A stretch of DNA of 64,000 nucleotides, from contig DASSJM010000032.1 of the NCBI GenBank assembly GCA_035691205.1, positions 15,698-79,697 on the forward strand, read 5' to 3'. Positions 57,727-64,000 of this stretch are shown here, one piece after another. Numbering within the stretch: the first letter of the stretch is position 1; each line of letters opens with the position of its first letter. This stretch comes from Actinomycetota bacterium. GTDB lineage: Bacteria; Actinomycetota; UBA4738; HRBIN12. A program made the translations under genes and the position numbers. The notes under the pieces were generated by a model. That model saw nothing but the letters and a program-made list of their open reading frames with translations, had not been told where the DNA came from and ran no database searches.

Positions 57727-59076
57727 ATGGCCCGCTCCCGGGGTAGGGTGCGCCTCGTGGAACGTGCCGAGCCCGGGATCGTCGAGGTCCCCTTCCGCGA
57801 GGCCCTGGCGTTCTGGGTCTGGCTGGGGTTCGTCAACTTCGGGGGCCCGACCGGCCAGATCTCCCTGATGCACACGGAGCTCGTCGAGCGCCGCCGGTGG
57901 ATCGGCGAGCGGCGGTTCCTGCACGCCCTGAACTTCGCGATGCTGCTCCCGGGTCCCGAGGCCCATCAGCTCGCGATCTACGTCGGCTGGCTCCTGAACG
58001 GATCGCCCGGAGCCCTCGTCGCGGGGCTCTTCTTCCTGCTCCCGGCGTTCGTGCTGATGATCGCGCTGTCATGGCTGTTCGCGGTCCACGGTGACGTCAC
58101 CTGGGTCGCCGGGGTGTTCGAGGGCCTCGCGTGGGGCGTCGTGGGAATCGTCGCCGCTGCCCTCCTGAACATCGGAGCCAGGGCCCTGCGCGGCCCGCTC
58201 CCGACGGCGATCGCGGTTGCCGCCTTCCTCGCCCTGTTCATGTTCGGTGTGCCGTTCCCCGTGGTCCTCCTGGGCGCCGGCGCGATCGGGCTCGTGGCGG
58301 CGGGTCGGCTCGCACGCGAGACCGACGCGTCCCGGAACGACGCGGCGTTCGAGCGGGTCCGGCCCTCGCTCCCCCGCACGGCGAGGGTGCTGGCCGTCGG
58401 TCTGGCGATCTGGCTCGTCCCGCTCGGGCTCGTCGTGGCCGCCGACCCCGAGGGGATCCTCGCGCAGGAGGCCCTGTTCTTCTCGACGATGGCGCTCGTG
58501 ACCTTCGGCGGCGCGTACGCGGTCCTGGCGTACGTCCAGCAGGCCGCCGTCGTGCGGTTCGGCTGGCTGTCCTCCTCGGAGATGGCGGTGGGCCTCAGCC
58601 TGGCCGAGACCACCCCGGGTCCGCTGATCCTGGTCGTGGTGTTCGTCGGCTTCCTCGGCGCCTACCGCGATCCGGGGTCCCTGCCGGCGGGGGCCGCGGG
58701 CGTCGCGGGCGCGCTCGTTACGGCCTGGGCCACCTTCGTGCCGAGCTTCCTGTTCATCTTCCTCGGGGCCCCGTCCGTCGAACGCCTCCGCGGACGGGTC
58801 CGTCTGGCCGGGGCGCTCGCGGCGATCACGGCGGCGGTCGTCGGCGTCATCGCCAACCTCGCGGTGGTGTTCGCGACGTCGGTGCTGTTCGACCAGGTCC
58901 GCACGACCACGCCCGCCGGCCACGAGATCGCGCTGCCGGTCTGGTCCTCGGTCGTACCGCTCGCGGTGGTCGTCGCGATCGCGGCGTTCGTCGCGATCCG
59001 CCGGTTCCGGATCAACGTGGCGTGGGTGGTCCTCGGAGCGGGGGTGGTCGGCCTGGGGGAGGTCCTCGTCGGGTAG
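57727..59076 (+). CDS. chrA: chromate transporter ChrA (CHR family, two-domain)
   Basis: 449 aa from ATG 57727. FGGPTGQISLMHTELVERRRWIGERRFLHALNFAMLLPGPEAHQLAIYVGWLL, a CHR signature. Duplicated 6-TM halves. The track ORF begins 55 codons upstream, overlapping uvrA. Confidence 0.8.
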   Translation: MARSRGRVRLVERAEPGIVEVPFREALAFWVWLGFVNFGGPTGQISLMHTELVERRRWIGERRFLHALNFAMLLPGPEAHQLAIYVGWLLNGSPGALVAGLFFLLPAFVLMIALSWLFAVHGDVTWVAGVFEGLAWGVVGIVAAALLNIGARALRGPLPTAIAVAAFLALFMFGVPFPVVLLGAGAIGLVAAGRLARETDASRNDAAFERVRPSLPRTARVLAVGLAIWLVPLGLVVAADPEGILAQEALFFSTMALVTFGGAYAVLAYVQQAAVVRFGWLSSSEMAVGLSLAETTPGPLILVVVFVGFLGAYRDPGSLPAGAAGVAGALVTAWATFVPSFLFIFLGAPSVERLRGRVRLAGALAAITAAVVGVIANLAVVFATSVLFDQVRTTTPAGHEIALPVWSSVVPLAVVVAIAAFVAIRRFRINVAWVVLGAGVVGLGEVLVG

Positions 59077-59085
59077 GCTTCGATC

Positions 59086-59388
59086 GTGAGCACCCGGGAC
59101 GAGCTCGAGGCCCTTCCGTCGCAGGAGCTCCACGACCGGGCGACCCGGCTCGCGTGGCGTCGGCTCGACGTCGGCTTCCTGTGGAACCTGCTGAGCACGA
59201 TCCCCGAGGCTCGCGCCGCCGTCGGCGATGAGGAGCGCGCCGAGACCGACATCGTGCGCCCGCTCGCCCTGCTGAACGACCTGGTCGACGCCGACCGGGG
59301 GGAGCTCGCCGACGCGCTCCGCCCCTTCTACATCGAGTACCTCCTCCTGCACGAGGAAGGCGACGCGGAGGACGAGGGCGACGACTGA
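59086..59388 (+). CDS. small acidic hypothetical protein
   Basis: 100-aa ORF from GTG 9 nt after chrA stop. ...LLHEEGDAEDEGDD acidic tail. No domain recognised. Confidence 0.4.
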   Translation: MSTRDELEALPSQELHDRATRLAWRRLDVGFLWNLLSTIPEARAAVGDEERAETDIVRPLALLNDLVDADRGELADALRPFYIEYLLLHEEGDAEDEGDD

Positions 59389-59422
59389 GGGCGACCTCGA
59401 GTCCTACCGGGACGAGTTCCCG

Positions 59423-60529
59423 GTGCTATCGCACAAGACCTATCTGATCAGCGCGTCGCTCGGCCCCATCTCGACGCGATCACGCGCGAACGTGGACGCG
59501 TACCTGGACGCGTGGGCGACCAAGGGCGCCCCGGACCACGTCTGGTTCGAGGACATCTTCCCCGCCATGGGACGTCTCAAGTCCACGTTCGCCATCCTCG
59601 CGGGGTGCGACGCCGACGAGGTCGCGATCACGACGAACATCTCGATCGCGATCTCGACGATCGCATCCGCGCTCGACCTCGGAGAGCGGAACAAGGTCGT
59701 GATGTCCGAGCTCGACTTCCCCACCGACGGCAACGTCTGGCTCGCACACGGCCGGCGAGGCGTCGAGATCGAGTGGCTCCGCTCCCCAGACGGCCTGACG
59801 ATCCCGCTCGAGGAGTACGACCGCGCGATCGACGAGCGCACGGCGGTCGTGATGGTGAACCGCGTGCTCTACCGCTCGAGCGCGATCGTGGACGCGAAGG
59901 AGGTCTGCGGCATCGCGCGCGAGCGCGGGGCCCTCTCGTTCCTGGACGACTACCACGGGATCGGGATCCTCCCGCTCGACCTGCACGATCTCGGGTGCGA
60001 CCTCTACGCCGCCGGCGTGCTGAAGTGGCTGTGCGGCGGTCCGGGGCTCGCCTTCCTGTACGTGCGGCGAGACCTGATCCCGACGCTCGAGCCGATGGTG
60101 ACCGGATGGTTCGGCACCGATGATCCCTTCTCCTTCGACACCGAGCACCTCGCGTTCCACCCGACGGCTCGCCGCTTCGAGCACGGGACCCCGCCCGCGC
60201 CCGTGGTCTTCATCGCGCAGGGCGGTCTCGACGTCGTTGCCGAGGTCACGCCCGAACGGATCCGCGCACGCCAGAGCGAGCTGACGGACCACGCGATCGC
60301 CCGCGCGGACGAGATGGGTCTGCCGGTCCGGACACCCCGGGATCGTCGAGCGCGTGGCGGCGTGGTGAACGTGGGCGTCGGGCCCCACGCCGACAGGATC
60401 TGTCATGCGCTGCTCGAACGCGACGTGTGCACGGACTTCCGAGGGGACGGGCTCCGCATCAGCCCGCACTTCTTCAACACCGAGCACGAGATCGACCGGT
60501 GCTTCGCGGAGCTCCGCGGGCTGCTCTGA
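59423..60529 (+). CDS. class-V aminotransferase-fold PLP-dependent enzyme (cysteine desulfurase/kynureninase-like)
   Basis: 368 aa. ...YLISASLGPIS... start typical of the family, mid-domain ...SFLDDYHGIGILPLD...GVLKWLCGGPGLAF (PLP-Lys region), C-terminal small domain. Confidence 0.7.
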   Translation: MLSHKTYLISASLGPISTRSRANVDAYLDAWATKGAPDHVWFEDIFPAMGRLKSTFAILAGCDADEVAITTNISIAISTIASALDLGERNKVVMSELDFPTDGNVWLAHGRRGVEIEWLRSPDGLTIPLEEYDRAIDERTAVVMVNRVLYRSSAIVDAKEVCGIARERGALSFLDDYHGIGILPLDLHDLGCDLYAAGVLKWLCGGPGLAFLYVRRDLIPTLEPMVTGWFGTDDPFSFDTEHLAFHPTARRFEHGTPPAPVVFIAQGGLDVVAEVTPERIRARQSELTDHAIARADEMGLPVRTPRDRRARGGVVNVGVGPHADRICHALLERDVCTDFRGDGLRISPHFFNTEHEIDRCFAELRGLL

Positions 60530-60537
60530 GCAGTCGC

Positions 60538-63500
60538 TCAGACCGCGTTCGGCCGCCAGTCGGGCTCGGACCCGGACCCGGACCCGATGAGGTAGGCATC
60601 GCTGCCGTCCGCCCGAACCAGGTACACGAGGCTCGGCGTGACACCTAACGCGTTCGACATCAACATCCATCGCCCATCGGGATGCAGGTCGAGGACGGGT
60701 CGATCGATGCCCTCGGGCAGTCGCCGCATGAACGGACGCTCGCCGGTGCCGTCCGGGAGCACCGATCGGATCCCGCCCTCGACGGCGAACAGGATCCGCT
60801 CGCCGTCGAGGGTCCATGACAACGCCGCCGCGGGCTCGTCCCGGATCCTCGCGAGGTTGCCGCCGTCCGCGTCGACGACGTAGATCCCCGGCACGTCCGA
60901 GAGGATCGTGAACGCGATCCGGTCGCCGTCGGGGGACCAGGCCGGGCTGAGGATCGACTCGTTCCGCCGTACCACGATCTCGGTCCGGCCCGTGCCGTCG
61001 GGGCTCATCACGACCAGGCGCGAGCTCCAGTCCGGCTGGGTCAGACCTTCGGCGACGAACGCGATCCTCGTCCCATCCGGCGACCAGGCCGGCGTGAGCT
61101 CATCGTCTCCAGTCGCCTCGCTGATCGGCGAGAGCTCGCTCCCGTCGGGGTTCATCGTGTAGAGGTCGTAGCCTCCGGGCGCCGCGCCGCTGAAGGCGAT
61201 CCGCGAACCGTCCGGGGACCAGTCCGGCCAGTCGTTGGGGCTCGTGAAGGGCGTGGACGTCGTCCCGACGATCCTCCCGCCCGCGTCCACGAGCTCGATC
61301 GACCCGCCCAGCTCGAGGGCGAACACGCCGGGCGGAGCCTTCGTCCACGGCTCGCCGCCGTCCATCTTCTGTGGACCCGCGCACCGCCCTCCGCTGGTCC
61401 GCTCGAAGGACACCCGATCGCCCTCCACCGACCACGCGTAGGTCGCCGGGCGGAGGTCGCCCCCTTCTCCGAGATCCTTCAGCCCGGCGCACCAGCCGGA
61501 CGTGGGAGAGAAGACGAGGAGGTTCGGCTTCCGGCGCAGGAGCGTCCCGGTCTCGTTCGAGTCGTTCGAGCCAGCTCCGATGATCGTGTCCCCATAGGAG
61601 GTCCCGTCGATGTGGAGGGCACACGTATGACCCGCGAACCCCGCGCATCCGTCCACCGGGACCACCAGGTAACTGCCGTCCGCCAACCGTGCACCGGCCC
61701 CGAGCCGTGGCGCGTCCTTGCTCGGGACCGCACCCTCGGTCGGGAGGACGGGTCCGGAGGATGTCACCCACCAGTCGTACAGGCTCAGGTCGCCGAGATC
61801 GTTGCGGACGGCGTGCGCATAGATCGATGCGTTGTCGTCGGTCCACTCGATGTGCGACTGATCGGGGGTTCCCCCGGAGCCGAAGAGGGCAGGCACCTCC
61901 AACCGATCGACCGTGTAGCAGAGGACCCGCCCCGCCGGATCACCTCCGAGCGTGTACGGCGTGACGGCCAGGGTGTCGGTCGCGCACTCGCCGTCGGGGG
62001 CCCGCATCACGTTCGCGTTGATCTGGAACGCCTCGTCCATCAGGTCGCGCGTGGGGAAGAGCTCGTAGAGGACCTCGACGTCATCGGTGCGACATGCGAG
62101 CGCGGCGATCTCGCCGCGGATCGGCTCGTCGCGATCGAGCGGCAGGCAGTCCGTCGCGACCTCCTCCGGGATGTAGGTCAGCAGCCGTTCCTCCTCGCCG
62201 GAGAGGGGCCGGTCGAGGGTGCGGAACGTCGGCTCCGGGGTGGGGCTGGGGATCGGTCCGGCCGACGGTGTCGCGGCGTCCCCGTCTGCGGGGGGCGTCT
62301 CCCCCCGGGTGACCGAGGAGACGACGATGCCGACGACGAGCGCGGCGACGACCGCGACCGCCGGGATCAGCCGGCGGAGCCGCGACCGCCCGCCCTCTGC
62401 GGACGGGGACGGACGTCCGAGGCCGAGCGCGCGAGCCGCCTCGTCCACCAAGGCACCGGCGGTCTGGTGTCGCGCCGACGGCTCCTTCGCCATGGCCTTC
62501 GTGACGACCGCGTCGATCTCCTTGGGCAGATCCGCGCGATTCGCGGTCACGGCGGGGGGCGGCTCCTGCAGGTGCGCGTACATCAGGCCGGCGTTGTTCT
62601 CGGCCCCGAACGGCGGGTGGCCGGTCAGGCACTCGTACAGCACGCACCCGAGCGAGTACACGTCCGTACGAGCGTCCGCCGAACCGCCCTTGAACTGCTC
62701 GGGGGCCGCGTAGTCGAGCGTGCCGACGAACTGCCCCGTCCCCGTGACGCCGGAATCGCTCGCCGCTCGCTTGGTGAGCCCGAAGTCCGACAGGTACACG
62801 TGCTCCTCCGCGTCCGAACCCCTCGGTCGCGAGATGAGCACGTTGCCCGGCTTCACGTCTCGGTGGACGAGGCCCTGCTCGTGCGCGGCATCGAGCGCCG
62901 CGGCCACCTGGCGGACGATCGCCAGCGCCCGTGCGGGCTCGAGCGCACCCTCCGCGCTCAGGAGCGCTCGGAGGTCCGTCCCCACGACGTAGCGCATCGC
63001 GATGTACAGGTCGTCCCCCGACGCCCCCGCCTCGAAGATCGGGATCACGTTCGGGTGATCCAGCGACGCCGCCAGACGAGACTCGCGGATGAATCGCTCG
63101 CGGAACCGCTCGTCCTCGGCGAGCTGCGGCGCCAGCAGCTTGAGCGCGACCTTCCGCTGGAGCCATGCGTGCTCGGCGAGGTAGACGACGCTCATCCCAC
63201 CGCGGCCGAGCGTGGACTCGATCCGGTACCCGGCGAACTCGGTCCCGGGCGGCAGGTCCATCCGGCTCGGGCGTACCGCGGGCTGGGGGCGCTCGGCCGA
63301 CCCGAGCGCGGGATCCTGGCGGAGGATCTGCTCGTGTAGGCCCTGCAGCTCGGGCGAGGGCTCCGTGCCGAGCTCGTCGGCGAGCACCTCGCGGGCACGC
63401 TGGTAGGTGGAGAGCGCCTCGGCCTGGCGGCCCGAGCGGAACAGGGCGAGCATCAGGCTCGCCCACATGCGCTCGCGGAGGGGGTACGCAGCCGTCAGCG

Positions 63501-64000
63501 CCTCGAGCTCGGAGACCACCGTGGAGTGGCCGCCCGTCGCGATCTCGGCCGCGATCCGGCGCTCGGTCGCGGACAGCCGGAGCTCCTCCAGTCGCGCGAT
63601 CTCACCGCGGAGCGAGGGCTCGTCGGCGAGGTCGCCGAGGGCGGGGCCGCGCCACAGCGCGAGCGCATCGGACAGCCGAGCCGCCGCCGTGCCCGGATCG
63701 GAGGTCGCGAGCGACTTCGCCTCCCGAACCATCGACTCGAAGCGCGCGGCGTCGACCTCGTCGGGTCCGGCGTTCAGCACGTAGCCACCGTCCCTGCTCT
63801 CGAGCCTGCCCTCCCCCAGGACCTTCCGGAGCCGATAGACGTAGGTCTGCAGTGTGTTGCGCGCGGTCTCCGGCGGCTCGTCGCCCCAGAGGCCGTCGAT
63901 GAGGCGGTCGGCCGCCACTACCCGCTCGGCCTGCAGGATCAGGTGCGCGAGCACCGCACGCTGCTTGGGGCCGCCCAGCGCCAGCACCCGGTCGTCGGCG
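60538..64000 (-). CDS. multidomain SARP(BTAD) + Ser/Thr protein kinase + TM + TolB/PD40-type beta-propeller protein; 5' end beyond window
   Basis: The ORF is open to the window edge. N-terminal trans_reg_C winged helix (LGGPKQRAVLAHLIL...LQTYVYRLRKVLG), BTAD helical domain. Hanks kinase (GRGGMSVVYLAEH...VALKLL, HRDVKPGNVLIS, DFGLTK, GTLDYAAPE). TM LIPAVAVVAALVVGIVVSSV. C-terminal repeated SPDG(S/T)RIAF / WSPDG PD40 blades. Confidence 0.75.
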   Translation of the reverse strand, partial: ADDRVLALGGPKQRAVLAHLILQAERVVAADRLIDGLWGDEPPETARNTLQTYVYRLRKVLGEGRLESRDGGYVLNAGPDEVDAARFESMVREAKSLATSDPGTAAARLSDALALWRGPALGDLADEPSLRGEIARLEELRLSATERRIAAEIATGGHSTVVSELEALTAAYPLRERMWASLMLALFRSGRQAEALSTYQRAREVLADELGTEPSPELQGLHEQILRQDPALGSAERPQPAVRPSRMDLPPGTEFAGYRIESTLGRGGMSVVYLAEHAWLQRKVALKLLAPQLAEDERFRERFIRESRLAASLDHPNVIPIFEAGASGDDLYIAMRYVVGTDLRALLSAEGALEPARALAIVRQVAAALDAAHEQGLVHRDVKPGNVLISRPRGSDAEEHVYLSDFGLTKRAASDSGVTGTGQFVGTLDYAAPEQFKGGSADARTDVYSLGCVLYECLTGHPPFGAENNAGLMYAHLQEPPPAVTANRADLPKEIDAVVTKAMAKEPSARHQTAGALVDEAARALGLGRPSPSAEGGRSRLRRLIPAVAVVAALVVGIVVSSVTRGETPPADGDAATPSAGPIPSPTPEPTFRTLDRPLSGEEERLLTYIPEEVATDCLPLDRDEPIRGEIAALACRTDDVEVLYELFPTRDLMDEAFQINANVMRAPDGECATDTLAVTPYTLGGDPAGRVLCYTVDRLEVPALFGSGGTPDQSHIEWTDDNASIYAHAVRNDLGDLSLYDWWVTSSGPVLPTEGAVPSKDAPRLGAGARLADGSYLVVPVDGCAGFAGHTCALHIDGTSYGDTIIGAGSNDSNETGTLLRRKPNLLVFSPTSGWCAGLKDLGEGGDLRPATYAWSVEGDRVSFERTSGGRCAGPQKMDGGEPWTKAPPGVFALELGGSIELVDAGGRIVGTTSTPFTSPNDWPDWSPDGSRIAFSGAAPGGYDLYTMNPDGSELSPISEATGDDELTPAWSPDGTRIAFVAEGLTQPDWSSRLVVMSPDGTGRTEIVVRRNESILSPAWSPDGDRIAFTILSDVPGIYVVDADGGNLARIRDEPAAALSWTLDGERILFAVEGGIRSVLPDGTGERPFMRRLPEGIDRPVLDLHPDGRWMLMSNALGVTPSLVYLVRADGSDAYLIGSGSGSEPDWRPNAV

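Overview
This is a high-GC (about 70%+) actinobacterial chromosomal segment, densely coding and mostly on the minus strand, with many 1-4 nt start/stop overlaps. I support about 57 CDS, one tRNA-Leu(GAG), and no rRNA, CRISPR array, transposase, integrase or prophage gene. Conserved backbone loci: (i) the complete Pup-proteasome system with mycobacterial-type synteny, helY-tatC-tatA-pafC-pafB-pafA-prcA-prcB-pup-dop-arc-trmI, where Pup ends in ...GGE; (ii) uvrA and uvrC-rapZ-gap-pgk-tpiA with secG and tRNA-Leu. Between tpiA and secG an archaeal-type phosphoglycerate mutase and a five-gene peptide ABC transporter are inserted, and yvcK/whiA are absent. Accessory content: two amidohydrolases, a tetrahydrofolate (THF)-dependent demethylation-type module (two GcvT-family paralogs plus MetV/MetF-type methylene-THF reductase), an ABC-F ATPase, an EEP-family secreted nuclease/phosphatase, a HAD hydrolase, ChrA, a class-V aminotransferase, and a SARP-Ser/Thr-kinase-beta-propeller protein that is partial at the window edge. 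Most unusual findings: (1) a single ORF fusing a ThiS/TtuB-like ubiquitin-fold sulfur carrier (ending GG) to a full TtuA tRNA 2-thiolase, translationally coupled to trmI (m1A58) and heading the Pup-proteasome array; (2) a 217-aa ORF carrying reverse-transcriptase motifs 1-7 but no thumb, immediately upstream of an amidohydrolase and divergent from an Lrp regulator, with a perfect 10-bp hairpin between them; (3) a lipoprotein with two amicyanin/plastocyanin-like type-1 copper domains joined by a poly-Gly linker, sitting between uvrC and uvrA. The many 400-1000-aa Arg/Pro/Gly-rich ORFs in the supplied track are antisense or out-of-frame high-GC artefacts. All domain assignments are from motif recognition by eye and need HMM/BLAST confirmation.
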